From the IMG/VR virus record IMGVR_UViG_3300028381_000129, positions 2,821 through 66,820 of that record: a DNA stretch of 64,000 nt; one strand, written 5' to 3'. A program made the position numbers and the translations under genes. The notes below the pieces were generated by a model. That model worked only from the letters and a program-made list of their open reading frames with translations, was not told the origin of the DNA and searched no databases. How positions within the stretch are numbered: position 1 is the stretch's first letter; every line of letters starts with the position of its first letter. This document shows, one piece after another, positions 26,701 through 36,611 of the stretch. Origin of the DNA: a virus (taxonomy: Duplodnaviria; Caudoviricetes).

Positions 26701-29700
26701 AGAGCCAGGAAGGCCGGCAGCATCGTCGATCGGCCGGCACTGTCATTGCCGGTGAAGGTGTTGCCGTTGATGAAATTCAGCTTCTGGTTGGCATAGTAGA
26801 GATCTGCCGGATCGGTCGAAGCCGGCTCGGCCATGAGATCCTCGGCCTTCAGGTTGTCGAGGACATGGCGATAGAGATCCTGGACCCGAGCCTGGGCATT
26901 GGGATCGAGACCGTGATCGATACCGAAGGTGGTCACCAGGGTCTTGAACAGCGAAGCTTCCTGCTGGGTCAGATTGAATCCGCTGGCCTGAGCGGCTTTG
27001 AGGACCTGCTCGGCGATAACGTGCATGGCATTGTGGGCATCATCCGCCTTCACCCGGGCAGCATCTGCTTCAACCGGAGTGCGCCTTTGACTGGCCCGTT
27101 CCAGAACACCATGCAGGCGGTCAATGAACTTGCCTTCCAATTTGGATAGCCGCTCGTCCTGACCGTAGCCACGGGCATGGAACTGAGCCAGACGGGACAG
27201 ATCTTCGGCATTACCGAGCACCGGCAGCTTGGCCTGCATGATCGCCAGCGTGTTGAACCGCAGGTTGGAATAGATGTCGTCGCCAACCGAAGGAGCCAGA
27301 CCCCTGCGCCAGATCAACTTCTTGATGGCTTCCAGAGCTTTGCCGATGATCAGGGCGAGGGGGTTCTTCACCTTGGTCTGGCGTGCAAGATCAGCCAGCT
27401 TCTGGTTGGACAGCACCCAAGCCATGAACTCATTGACCCGGGCAGCCTGACCCAGCACCTGATCGGGATGGTTCGAGGCCTGCTCCATGGCAGCCAGAGC
27501 ATTGAGGAACTCGGTCAGGGCGTCGGCATCCTTGATGTCAGCAGGCGAGATCGCCTCAAATTCTGCCATCAGCTTTTCAATCCGGCCCATCGCATCTGTG
27601 ATGGCCGTTTCAACTTTGCTCCCGGAAGCACGGTTCTGATTGGCGAAATAATCATAGACCCGTTCGATCGTGGCAGCGTGGACCAGCTCGTGTGCCAGAG
27701 TTTCTGGATCGGTCGAGGTCAGGTAGATCTGCTGGATACCCGGCAGGGCAACACCCTGCCGATCCGTCAGATCAGGAATGGTCTGGCCACTTTCTCGGGT
27801 GTGAGCCTGAAGCTGCTCAGCTGAACCAAGCAGGATGGACCAGCCCTTGGTGGTCAGGGCATTAGCGGCATCCCGGATCAGAGCCCGCTGCTGGGCAGGA
27901 ACATCGAGACGATCAGCAACCTGGCGAAGCTCATCGCGGGTAATGGTCCGGACACCATGCTCATCGACAGTGCCGAGGTTGGTCAGTTGTTCCGGCAGCT
28001 CACGGGCGGGGGCATTGTGCCTGGTTCCAGACTTGTCCAGCAACTCGTTAAGCCGGGTAGCGGCCTCTACCGGATCAGAAGAAATCTCGGTCTTGTCCGA
28101 CACCGTGAACGGTGCGGCGGCACTGGCCATGTGATCGACTGAGAGATTGGCTTGAGCCAGTGCAGCCTTGCGGGCAGCAATCTCGTCAGCTGAGTTGGTG
28201 ATCCGGTCATGGAGACCGGCAACCATCTCAGCGAGATCGCTGGCTTCAAGAAGATCAGAACCCTTGCCGTTCAGAGCTTCACTGAGATCAAGACGCATCT
28301 CGTCGATCATCTCGAATGCCTTGTTGGCACCGGTGGAGAGGACGAACTTTCCAAAGGCATCAGCCACAGCTTTGACGGGGTTTTCCATCCAGCCCTGGTG
28401 GACAGCCTGATTGATCCGGCCGCTGAAATCCTGGGCCTTGTCGAGTGGCAGGTTAATGCCGTCGAACACTGGCAGGACACCTTCGAGAGCCTGTTCCCCG
28501 GTCATGGCGTTGAGGATCATCTGGCCGTCACCAGTGGCGATCACCAGGTAGGGAATGCCTGAAACACCCGGATTTTCCGGACCATAGACATAGCCGTCGG
28601 ACTTGATCCGCTCAGCAAAGTCAGCCCCGAAAGCAGAGGTCTCGACATCGGCCTGAGCCGAGCCACCGACGAAGATCAGCTGGGAACCAGTGTTGATCAT
28701 CGGGTGGGTCTTGATCAGCCCATCGAAGATCTGTTGGAGCTCGTTCTGGCTCAGGAAGTCACGAGCCAGAACCCCATCAGCACCACCTTCCCGGTTGGCG
28801 AGCTCATCAGCAATCGCCTGCTTGAAGGCATACTTGAGGTGGATTGCCTGAACCTGGGTGGCCTGACGGACCAGATCAGCGTTAGCCAGAGCCGGAGCCA
28901 TCAGGTTTTCGATCGAAGCTCGTAGAGGCCTGGCGAACAGCTGGTGGACGTTGGCCGAGAGGTTCTCGATCATCGCTGGCTGCATGGTGTAATTGACCCC
29001 ACGACCAGTGTTCTGGTTGGTCTCGCCGCGAAGGTTCTTGGTGTAGAGCTTGCCCTCGAATTGCCGGACCTGCTGGGTGGTCAGCAGCTCCAGATCCTGC
29101 ATGAGCTGGGTATCGATCTCGCCATTCGACATGGCCTCGTAGAGACCATCGACCATCGCTTTGGTAATCTTGCTGGCAATCCCCCTGGTTCCAGAACCAT
29201 AGACCGTAACGGTCAGCGGGTTCTTGGCAATGCCACGCTCGAACTTGAGCTTGCCGTCCTCATCGAACTGGGCGTCATCGAGTAGCTTGGCCATCACCCG
29301 CTTCAGGGCTTCATGGACGGCTGCCACCTTGGGATCGCTGATCGATTTGGTCAAATCAGCAACGTGAGCTCGCAGTCGATCGGTAGCCAGCTGGTAGAGG
29401 TCGCTGGAGTTTTTCTGAGCATAATCAGCCAGAGAAGTCGGATTGGAACCGGTGAAGAGACCACCGCGGTTCATCCGGTCCACCCATTCAGGAGTAAACT
29501 GGCCACCGGTCAGGTTCATCATCGCATTGATCGGACCGTCGGTGACACCATCGGCTTCAAGATAGAGCGGTGTCTCGAAAGCCTTCCGCTCTTCTGGTGT
29601 GGCTTCCAGGAACCGGGCATACTCGACCAGAGCATGAATGGCACCAGGCGAGAGCTTGTTGCCGAGCAGCTGCTTGAGGTGATCGAGATCGCTGACTTCG

Positions 29701-32700
29701 AGATCGAGCGGGTTAGTCCCATTTTCATTGGCCACCCAGCCATGCAGAATTTCGACGGCCGGAGCCAGTTTCCCAGACAGGAGGTTCGTGGCTTCTTCGA
29801 CGGAAGTATCCGGCGAAAGTTTGTGGACCTTCACACCCAGATGCTGGGCAATCGCCACCATGAAGTTGCGGTAGTGCTGACCCTGACGATCGGACAAATC
29901 GAGTTTCGACCAGGTAGGGAGGAGCACTTCACGAGTGAGCTTGCTCGCCTGCGGATTGTGTGCCCCGATCATCTGGAGACGGCCTACCGAGGTGATGCCG
30001 TGCTCGAAGTAGACCGGCATGTCATGGGTGTCGGAACCGTCAGCCTCAGCCTTCAGGGACATCTCGGCAACCAGACCCTGGATGTTTTCCCAGGCACCGG
30101 CCATCGTCCGGTTGAAGCCGTCGATCGCCTTGGCGTGGTTGATGTTCAGACCCTCGGTATTGGGATCACCAGCGCCGAATAAGTTGAGCAGCAGACCCTT
30201 GTTGCCAAGCATCGAGAGGAACTGGAGCATCGGCCGGCTGAGACGGTATGCTGTCTTCTGGGCGTTGGTGATCGCTTCGCGCTGCTGAGGCTGGAGCTGC
30301 ACCGGAGAACCATGGAGCTGATTGGTAGCCACGTTCACTGGCGGCTTGCCGATATGCCGGGTCACCTCAGGCTCAGGACGGACCAACCTCTCGATCGCAT
30401 CCGGGGAAGCCTGGAGCGACTTGAACAGCTCCTGGGCTTTCTCGCTCGTGTTGAGCACGAAACGGGAATAGGTCTTGCCATCGATCTTGGTCGTTTCGAG
30501 CTTGATCAGCTTGGCATCTTCCAGAGATTGCAGCACCTCGGCCGACAGGCTTTCCGGGACACCCTTGGTGTATCCTTCCGGTGCCGACCGATCGGGAGAC
30601 ACCCCCCAGAACTGGGTGATCTTGTTGGCCAAAGACCGCTTGGCGTCATCTTTCCAGACACCATCGTTGAACCAACGAACCATGTCCTCATCGACCAGAC
30701 CCTCATCGATACCGAGGATCTTGGCGACAGCTTCAGCATCACGGTTCGAGCTCCTTGCCGACGTGCTCACCAGCCACTGAAGGCCAGCCAGAGCAGCAGC
30801 CTGCTGGAGCGTGGGATTGTAGGCCAGCTTGCCATCGACGTTCTCGACGATGTTCAGCGCCTTGTTCTGAAACCAGCCATTGACCTGGCTATCACCCGGG
30901 ACACCCTTGGTCAAAGCCTCAGCAAAGGTCATGCCGTGCTTGTCGATGGTCTTGGCCAGCTGAGCCTTCAGCCGCTGGTTCATCGTGTCGACGACCATAC
31001 CGGCATATTTCAGATAGCGGGCATAGCTGTCCGAGAGCTGACCAGGCAGACCGGTATCCGACTTCAGCGCATCGGTGACGAACTTCACCGGATTACTCTC
31101 GGTCAGGATGTTCGATCCGGACTTGGCCAGCTTGAACGCCTTGTGGAACCAGTTCTTGACCGGACCATCTTCAGAGCCGACCAGGTTCGGGAAAGCCTCA
31201 GCCAGCGTCTTGGGAGCTACGGCTTCCTTGGTTCCGGTTTCCGTGACTCCTTGCGTGTCAGAGGCACTTTCGGTTTCGGTCTTGGCCGGTGCGGGACTTT
31301 CCTGCCCGACATCCTGTTGGACATTGGTTTTGGTCTCCGTGGGCTTCTCCGTCACCGGAGCGTCGGCCTTGCTGGTCTCAGCCGTGCTCGCAACAGGCTT
31401 CGGCTCCGCCTTCGCCTGTTCCTGCGCTGGCTGGACCTCGGCCTTGGGCTCCGGTGCTTGGGGCTTGGTTTCGGGAGCAGTGGTGGTCTCCGTGGAGCCG
31501 GAAGTCGCCTCCGATTGCGGGGGCGCAATCGGAGTCTCCAGCGCCGGCTCCACTGGCTTTTCGGTCTTGGTCGCTTCGGACCGGGCTGTTGCCTTGGCTT
31601 CGCGGATGAACCGCTTCATCACTTCTTTGGCTGGAGCAGCCATGATCCTAGGATCCATTTCAGCCAGCTTGATCGGTTCGACACCCAGTTCCGGATTACC
31701 GGAAGCCAGACGGTTGGCCATATTGCCCAACGCCTTGGCATTAAGGGCAGTATCCTGAGCCAGTTTGACCGAACCCTTATGGGTCGGATCGAGCCAGACA
31801 CCAGGGGACTTGTAGACCTTTCGGGTCTGCGAGTTCAGCGCCTGGAACGGGGTCAGATTGTCCTTCGAGGCGTTGCCGGCAGCCATGCTCTGCTTGAGGG
31901 CCTCAACCTTGTTCTGCATGTGCTGTGCGAACTTCATCATGTCTCGAAGACGTTCAGCCGCCAGAGCCTTGTTACCCACCGACAGTGCGTCCATGATCCC
32001 CTTGAAGTGGCTCGATGCCGACTTCTCGGCGACATCCTCACCGTTTTCCTTGTGCAGGATTTCGTGGGTCACCAGATCCTGCGGGGTGAGATCGAGCTTG
32101 TTCCGCTCAGCTTCGTTGGCCTTGGCAATCTCCTTGATCGACATCCCGAAGTAGAGGGCTTTCTGAGCCAGATCAGAGAGGGCCACCTTGCCGTTGCGGG
32201 CGTGTTCCAGAACCAGCTTGGCCAGATCCGGACTGACCGCTTCCGGGTTGGACTGAGCCACGGAAGCCAGGGTCTGCACAGCCTGCTGACCACGAGGGGT
32301 CTGCAAGGCCTCTTCGCTGATATCGGCTTCCTTGAGTGCCTGAGCCCGCTTCACCGCTTCCAGACGGGCAGCGTTGACGGCCGGGTTCTCGAACACACCG
32401 TCGTAGAACAGGTTTTCGTGCTGCCTCAGCTGGGCGAGGGCAGGGTGGTCATCCGGCAGAACCGTGACCGCAGCACCGAGATTGTTCTCGATCTGGGGAC
32501 CGAGCTGGTTGGCAACATCGTTGATCCAGGTCGCAGCTTCCAGCCGGTGATCCGGATTGGCGTTCTTGTCGGTGGCAATCTGGGCAGCCTGATGCAAGGC
32601 ATCGATCCGGTTGGTGGCCAAAGCGATCTTGTCCCGGACTTCCGGGGAGAGATTGGTGTTGTCGAGCTCAGCCGGATCGAACGCGATAGAGCTGTTCAGC

Positions 32701-34178
32701 CGATCGAGATGTCCCCTGATCTGGTTCGCTTCAGCCTCGGGAACCTTGTTGTCAGCCAGAGCCTGTTCGACCTGGGCCTGAACCATAGGAGCCTGAGCAA
32801 CGGTCTCGTTGGCCGCTGCTGACAGGTTCTCGGCCGATACCGGAGAGGCTGCCTGGCGATTGGACTGGATGTTGCCGGCCCGGGCGTTGACGGCCCCAAT
32901 GGCAGCCTTTCCAGCCGCCTTGGCTCCGTCAACAATAACACCGCCGCTGGCGATCGCCGCTGCGTTGAAGACGTGAGGTGCTTGGGCTGCACCAGCTGAA
33001 CCAAGACCAAACAGGGCACCCTGGCCGGCCTGCTCACCCACCTGATCGAGAAGATCTTGGTTCTCATTGGCATATTGCCGAACACCGAGGTTGCTGGCGA
33101 GCTGACTGGTTCCAGATTGAAGACCCTCTTCAACACCCTCCCTAAGCATGGTGCCAGCGAGACCGGTGCCAGGGACTTTTGCGAATGGATTACGATGGAA
33201 CTCTGGGATGATCGTGCCGGCGGCTGCTGCCACAGGAAACTGAGTGGACGCAGCAAGAAGACCTGCACTGTTGGCAATCTGCTCTCGGGCAGCTTCCGGA
33301 TCAGCACCCTGTTTGATCAGATCGGCATACTCGGGGGAGTTAGCCATGAGATCGTCATGGCTCATGCCCTGCACCTGCTGGACAGTTTGGGTGTAAGTGC
33401 CTGCTGCTTCCTGGGCACCGATCACCGCAGGAGCTGCAAGCTTTGAACCAACCTGGGCAGCCTTCAGTGCAGCTGCTCGGGAAATCACCCCATTCCGCAA
33501 GAGACCCATGATGGCCTTGCCACCAAGTACCTCAGCGCCCCTGATTAGGGGACCACCCGTAGCAAGGGAACCAATACCCTGAGCAATACCGTCCTGAAGG
33601 GTAGAGCTATCTGATGCCGCGTTCTTTGCGTTATCCAGAAAATTGCGGCCGATCTTCTTTAGGATCGGCAGCGTGCTGCTGTCTCCGGGGGCTTCCTTGT
33701 CATAAAGAGCCTGGTTCTGCTCAGTCGACAGCTGATTGAGTGTCCCCGTTACTCTTTGATGAGCGCCGAGACCACCTGACTGGCTGTCCTGGATCCGCTT
33801 GGTAGCATCTGCAATGACCTCAGATGCCCAGTTACCGGCAGGTGCGTTGACCAGACCCAGTTCGAGAGCACCGAGAGAACCAACAGAATTGATGACCCCG
33901 ACGCCGAGGCTCTTGACGGCATCGGTGACTTTCTGGGTTGGGTTACGATAAGCTGTGTCACTGTTGTTGAAGCGGTTACGGCCGATCGCTTCGTTAATCA
34001 TCGAGCTCAACGGATTATCGTCAACCACTCGCGGTTGGTAGGGAATGCCCAACCTTTTCGCGGCACCAGCGTTGAACGCCTCCTGCTGGAGATCCTGAGG
34101 CGTGGGTTGACCGGGAGTAGGGCTGGCCTGAGTGCTGAAGTTCGAGAACTGAGCAAGGACTTCAGCTGCGTTGGCCAT
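23790..34178 (-). CDS. Virion-encapsidated RNA polymerase (N4 gp50-like vRNAP), about 3460 aa
   Basis: Size; motif A LEADGVTDGP, motif B AKNPLTVTVYGSG, motif C VFDG; HELVH zincin-like motif; no Cys found on manual scan. GGGAG SD before ATG 34178. Confidence 0.97.
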   Translation of the reverse strand: MANAAEVLAQFSNFSTQASPTPGQPTPQDLQQEAFNAGAAKRLGIPYQPRVVDDNPLSSMINEAIGRNRFNNSDTAYRNPTQKVTDAVKSLGVGVINSVGSLGALELGLVNAPAGNWASEVIADATKRIQDSQSGGLGAHQRVTGTLNQLSTEQNQALYDKEAPGDSSTLPILKKIGRNFLDNAKNAASDSSTLQDGIAQGIGSLATGGPLIRGAEVLGGKAIMGLLRNGVISRAAALKAAQVGSKLAAPAVIGAQEAAGTYTQTVQQVQGMSHDDLMANSPEYADLIKQGADPEAAREQIANSAGLLAASTQFPVAAAAGTIIPEFHRNPFAKVPGTGLAGTMLREGVEEGLQSGTSQLASNLGVRQYANENQDLLDQVGEQAGQGALFGLGSAGAAQAPHVFNAAAIASGGVIVDGAKAAGKAAIGAVNARAGNIQSNRQAASPVSAENLSAAANETVAQAPMVQAQVEQALADNKVPEAEANQIRGHLDRLNSSIAFDPAELDNTNLSPEVRDKIALATNRIDALHQAAQIATDKNANPDHRLEAATWINDVANQLGPQIENNLGAAVTVLPDDHPALAQLRQHENLFYDGVFENPAVNAARLEAVKRAQALKEADISEEALQTPRGQQAVQTLASVAQSNPEAVSPDLAKLVLEHARNGKVALSDLAQKALYFGMSIKEIAKANEAERNKLDLTPQDLVTHEILHKENGEDVAEKSASSHFKGIMDALSVGNKALAAERLRDMMKFAQHMQNKVEALKQSMAAGNASKDNLTPFQALNSQTRKVYKSPGVWLDPTHKGSVKLAQDTALNAKALGNMANRLASGNPELGVEPIKLAEMDPRIMAAPAKEVMKRFIREAKATARSEATKTEKPVEPALETPIAPPQSEATSGSTETTTAPETKPQAPEPKAEVQPAQEQAKAEPKPVASTAETSKADAPVTEKPTETKTNVQQDVGQESPAPAKTETESASDTQGVTETGTKEAVAPKTLAEAFPNLVGSEDGPVKNWFHKAFKLAKSGSNILTESNPVKFVTDALKSDTGLPGQLSDSYARYLKYAGMVVDTMNQRLKAQLAKTIDKHGMTFAEALTKGVPGDSQVNGWFQNKALNIVENVDGKLAYNPTLQQAAALAGLQWLVSTSARSSNRDAEAVAKILGIDEGLVDEDMVRWFNDGVWKDDAKRSLANKITQFWGVSPDRSAPEGYTKGVPESLSAEVLQSLEDAKLIKLETTKIDGKTYSRFVLNTSEKAQELFKSLQASPDAIERLVRPEPEVTRHIGKPPVNVATNQLHGSPVQLQPQQREAITNAQKTAYRLSRPMLQFLSMLGNKGLLLNLFGAGDPNTEGLNINHAKAIDGFNRTMAGAWENIQGLVAEMSLKAEADGSDTHDMPVYFEHGITSVGRLQMIGAHNPQASKLTREVLLPTWSKLDLSDRQGQHYRNFMVAIAQHLGVKVHKLSPDTSVEEATNLLSGKLAPAVEILHGWVANENGTNPLDLEVSDLDHLKQLLGNKLSPGAIHALVEYARFLEATPEERKAFETPLYLEADGVTDGPINAMMNLTGGQFTPEWVDRMNRGGLFTGSNPTSLADYAQKNSSDLYQLATDRLRAHVADLTKSISDPKVAAVHEALKRVMAKLLDDAQFDEDGKLKFERGIAKNPLTVTVYGSGTRGIASKITKAMVDGLYEAMSNGEIDTQLMQDLELLTTQQVRQFEGKLYTKNLRGETNQNTGRGVNYTMQPAMIENLSANVHQLFARPLRASIENLMAPALANADLVRQATQVQAIHLKYAFKQAIADELANREGGADGVLARDFLSQNELQQIFDGLIKTHPMINTGSQLIFVGGSAQADVETSAFGADFAERIKSDGYVYGPENPGVSGIPYLVIATGDGQMILNAMTGEQALEGVLPVFDGINLPLDKAQDFSGRINQAVHQGWMENPVKAVADAFGKFVLSTGANKAFEMIDEMRLDLSEALNGKGSDLLEASDLAEMVAGLHDRITNSADEIAARKAALAQANLSVDHMASAAAPFTVSDKTEISSDPVEAATRLNELLDKSGTRHNAPARELPEQLTNLGTVDEHGVRTITRDELRQVADRLDVPAQQRALIRDAANALTTKGWSILLGSAEQLQAHTRESGQTIPDLTDRQGVALPGIQQIYLTSTDPETLAHELVHAATIERVYDYFANQNRASGSKVETAITDAMGRIEKLMAEFEAISPADIKDADALTEFLNALAAMEQASNHPDQVLGQAARVNEFMAWVLSNQKLADLARQTKVKNPLALIIGKALEAIKKLIWRRGLAPSVGDDIYSNLRFNTLAIMQAKLPVLGNAEDLSRLAQFHARGYGQDERLSKLEGKFIDRLHGVLERASQRRTPVEADAARVKADDAHNAMHVIAEQVLKAAQASGFNLTQQEASLFKTLVTTFGIDHGLDPNAQARVQDLYRHVLDNLKAEDLMAEPASTDPADLYYANQKLNFINGNTFTGNDSAGRSTMLPAFLALANVHDGFREVIEKLGLPKGERTGGGSLDNHIDDLASGVLDRMSRVLAGDHKAKTMLHAIDDLTARLAESQEERETWINQYATPVGNGLDKVNDVLVGGMQDLTGKAADKLQDIADNTDNKLVEIVARTGQLISSALNDERADNAGESITSTLNKLSVWTPVRELWNEVTGRTKANAPIYDLIKATRAFTQQKRQAFREELPKKVAAQFSRALSEQEWTALYHGMAKTDLAALSSLGSSRVLTLLRDASHVTREIGKHEAQIAKLDPKRAALIQQKAQELAEYMSSGKASKNLLRNADAIARLLNEVPKLEADQRKKPDRQLVQAIDRLTSLYALEKLPVQTRLDMAELAAKEADGMSFVFNYLVGQHRGEFEKGVSTVGQLNRYKGHVPTETTSGSDLRVADDKDYADLVARGYTRVASYVGSKAEGGRGSKGYYFAPLTARSPFNQGIAQNVHRTFWGVDPVTGRSLDMNQAGRITDAAEVRKITVRLRSMQANPAVEQLLPVFDADGDVVAYERSVDPVQKGRLQQQTDLSKVLGIWRGRQAEEASADQFNQVLVERLHDIWNERDDTRSDEFVDLLDPKNHKDPIIADAVSLFTPQMHKLIKDTFGGEGFMVRKDMVNDTIGYRTASVGDSWTGVSRLDPRTQSMAVNIATAVFGKDAYRRLVTSERLIQNVVADAKSTIVVRSIIVPMANMISNIYQLSSRGVPLVNIARSLPKKVAEIRIYHQNQLRQIDLEADLRAARNNLPRTRAIKAEMTSISDANKRLSIWPLIQAGEFSAISTERVDRQESSLFEGKLNGYLEHLVSQLPEAVKTAGRYAIISKDTALFKGLQKSVDYGDMLAKAILYDDLTKRQGVDRKAALATITEEYINYDRLPGRFRGYLSGIGMTWFWDYKLKSIKVALSTLRRNPLHMLLAGMAPTPSGFGTVGLPIKDNLLTTGLEGNLGWSIGPQEVFRAHALNPWVNLFD

Positions 34179-34245
34179 CAACAAACTCCCGGATAGAGGT
34201 CAGAGACCTAGCATCTATCGCCAGTGAGTTGAAGAGTGCGTTTGG

Positions 34246-34584
34246 TCAGTTCCGCCTACATTGCGCCCATCCGCTGCGGATGGTCCTGGTGATTTCCAGC
34301 GACATAGGGTTGGTATCCACCTTTGCCTGACAAATCCTCGGATGCTTGGACTCATCACAATAAATATCTACCCCATCGCACTGCGGGTAGTACGCCAGTT
34401 TCTGTTCAACCGGCATGGGGGCAAGTCCGGCATCAGCTCTTGCAGAGGCCGATTCCGATTGTCTTGCCTCCCGTTCTGCAATTTCAGACTGCTGAGTGTA
34501 TATCCGCCATCCTGTGACTACTGTAAAAATCAGCAGAGACAGGATCAGAGACACCTTCATTACGGTAAAAACAGTCTCTTTCAT
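34246..34584 (-). CDS. Single-pass membrane protein (112 aa) inserted between two ejection-protein genes
   Basis: GGAGG SD; TM segment SLILSLLIFTVVTGW; four Cys in the C-terminal domain. Confidence 0.65.
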   Translation of the reverse strand: MKETVFTVMKVSLILSLLIFTVVTGWRIYTQQSEIAEREARQSESASARADAGLAPMPVEQKLAYYPQCDGVDIYCDESKHPRICQAKVDTNPMSLEITRTIRSGWAQCRRN

Positions 34585-34642
34585 GCTCTTTCCTCCGGAG
34601 TGGTTCGCTACGGCTGTCAGCAACCACTCCGGAATGCAAGCC

Positions 34643-36565
34643 TCACTTCAGGAAACCCTTCCAGAATGGTTCGCTGGGCTTCGGTGCAGCGGGGGCTTTA
34701 CCACCAGAGGTAGCCAGCGTTCTCGCAGCTGCTTTTGGAGCATCGATGGCTGCCTGAAGCATGGCCGAGGCTTTGCTAACCTGATTGTCGTAAGGAGTGA
34801 GATCGACCTTACGACCACCTCGTTGAACAGCTGCCCTAGCCTGCTCACGGGCCGCAAGCGCTTGGCTCAGCAGCTGAGAGGCGGTGGCCTGCTGACCCTG
34901 GTTTCCTTGAATGACCGTTGCCGCCCGAACCCGTTGTTCGTTCGGACTGATACCGGTTTTTGGATCCGGGATCTGGTCAGCGATCATCTGCTTGACCTGA
35001 TCGGCGTCATAACCGGAATACGCAGCTGGATTGGCACCACTGGCAAACCAGTCGCTGATGCGGTCGATCGTAGATCTCGGCCGCATAGCAGTCTTGAACA
35101 TATCAAGCGCAGCAGCGGGACTGAGCGAGACGCCCATCTTTTGACCCTGTGCCTGGATCTCCCGGATCTTGCCTAGAGCCATATCATAGCTAACCCCGGA
35201 CAAGTTTTTGCTCGCCCAGGTTGCAAGCTCAGGTGCTTCACGCGGGTCACTCTGAAATTGGGCCAGACGAAGTGCATTGTTCCCGGAACCAAGGGCACCG
35301 ATTTGATCAGCGGCCGTGAATGATCGACCAGCCTGATCAGCAGCTGCGCCGAGCAACGATGCTGCCTGGGTAGCCGCCCGGACCCGCGCATCGGTGGCTG
35401 CACCAGAGGACCTCTCGTAGAACTTGTCGATCAAACGAGCAGCTTCTTCAGGGGTCTTAGCCCCCTTGATCGCAGCCGCCTGTGCGCGAGTCATCCCCGC
35501 TTTCTCGGGATTGTTCAGCTCCCAGATAGCGAAGTTGGCCTGATCGATGGGAGTTGCCTGGCTAAACGGCTTACCGGTTGCTGCCTCGAAATTAGCCAGC
35601 CGATCCGGATGCCACTGGGCAATGCCCCGAGCCTTACCACCATCACCAACAGCACCGTCATATCCGCCCTCGACATGGAAGTTGCCGAGGTATCCAGCAA
35701 CAACCGGAGTAGAGAGACCACCAGCCGATAGGGTTGAGGCAACTGCTTGCTGAGGAGCACCGAAGTTGAAAGTGCCACCACCACCCCCAGACGAACCCCC
35801 ACCGAAGGTGGGATCTGGAGTGAACGTGGGGAAGTTGGGTAGCTGAAGCCCGGCACGGACACGAGAAAGGACGTTCGGGCTGACATCCTTGAGACTGGAC
35901 AGATACCTATCCGCCGACTCCGGGTTCGTGGAGTTGGCGATAACATCCTGAATGAGTGCCGTCGCCTTGCGCTCTTCATCGTGGTTCTGGACATCCCAGC
36001 CAAAGCGGGTGCCGGACTGCGTGTAGCTCTGATCGCTCGAAGCCAGACCCTGACTGTCACGAAGAGCACCTGCAAAATCGACACCCATATTCCTGGTTTC
36101 AGGGTGGGAAGCCAGAAGTGCAGCCGCTTCGTTCCGCCTTCCCTGTGCACTGAGAGCCAAGGCTTCATTGATGACCGGTTGTGCCAGATCCTGGTTTGCC
36201 TGCCGGGTTCTGGTCCGATCGAAATCGTAGGTATCCTTGTTAAGTCCGAGCTCGTGTTGGGCCGTCGAGATCACCTGATCAGGTCTACCCATGGCAGCAG
36301 CCAAGCTGGCACCAGATACCCGATTTGGATCAGCAGCAGCAAGAATGCTGGCAACCTGGGATTTGGCTGTAGTCGGGTCCTGAACCCCGGCCAGGCTCAT
36401 CATCAGAGCCTTGTTGACCCGATCGGTCTGGGCCTGATCGAGGTCGCTGACGATCGACTTGGCCTGGTCCACGCCACGGCCAAACATCGAGCTGAAATCC
36501 TTGATACCGGTGAGGGCAGTCGAGAAATCAGGGGCTGCAACTTCGCGCCAGGACAGCTGAGACAC
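34643..36565 (-). CDS. Virion/ejection protein (N4 gp51-like) with phage tail lysozyme domain
   Basis: VAGYLGNFHVEGG...ARGIAQWHPDR...QANFAIWEL...FYERS (Phage_lysozyme2-like); position upstream of vRNAP. Confidence 0.8.
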   Translation of the reverse strand: MSQLSWREVAAPDFSTALTGIKDFSSMFGRGVDQAKSIVSDLDQAQTDRVNKALMMSLAGVQDPTTAKSQVASILAAADPNRVSGASLAAAMGRPDQVISTAQHELGLNKDTYDFDRTRTRQANQDLAQPVINEALALSAQGRRNEAAALLASHPETRNMGVDFAGALRDSQGLASSDQSYTQSGTRFGWDVQNHDEERKATALIQDVIANSTNPESADRYLSSLKDVSPNVLSRVRAGLQLPNFPTFTPDPTFGGGSSGGGGGTFNFGAPQQAVASTLSAGGLSTPVVAGYLGNFHVEGGYDGAVGDGGKARGIAQWHPDRLANFEAATGKPFSQATPIDQANFAIWELNNPEKAGMTRAQAAAIKGAKTPEEAARLIDKFYERSSGAATDARVRAATQAASLLGAAADQAGRSFTAADQIGALGSGNNALRLAQFQSDPREAPELATWASKNLSGVSYDMALGKIREIQAQGQKMGVSLSPAAALDMFKTAMRPRSTIDRISDWFASGANPAAYSGYDADQVKQMIADQIPDPKTGISPNEQRVRAATVIQGNQGQQATASQLLSQALAAREQARAAVQRGGRKVDLTPYDNQVSKASAMLQAAIDAPKAAARTLATSGGKAPAAPKPSEPFWKGFLK

Positions 36566-36611
36566 GGTAGGATCCTTATTCCGGGAACCAGGAGGAAAGA
36601 GATCCGCCGGG

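Noticed and set aside
7480-33307. Long antisense ORFs (e.g. 7480-8412, 9277-10506, 15591-16505, 30312-32822; also 50633-52177)
   Set aside because: They are shadows of high-GC3 coding genes on the opposite strand, with no motifs or SD sites.
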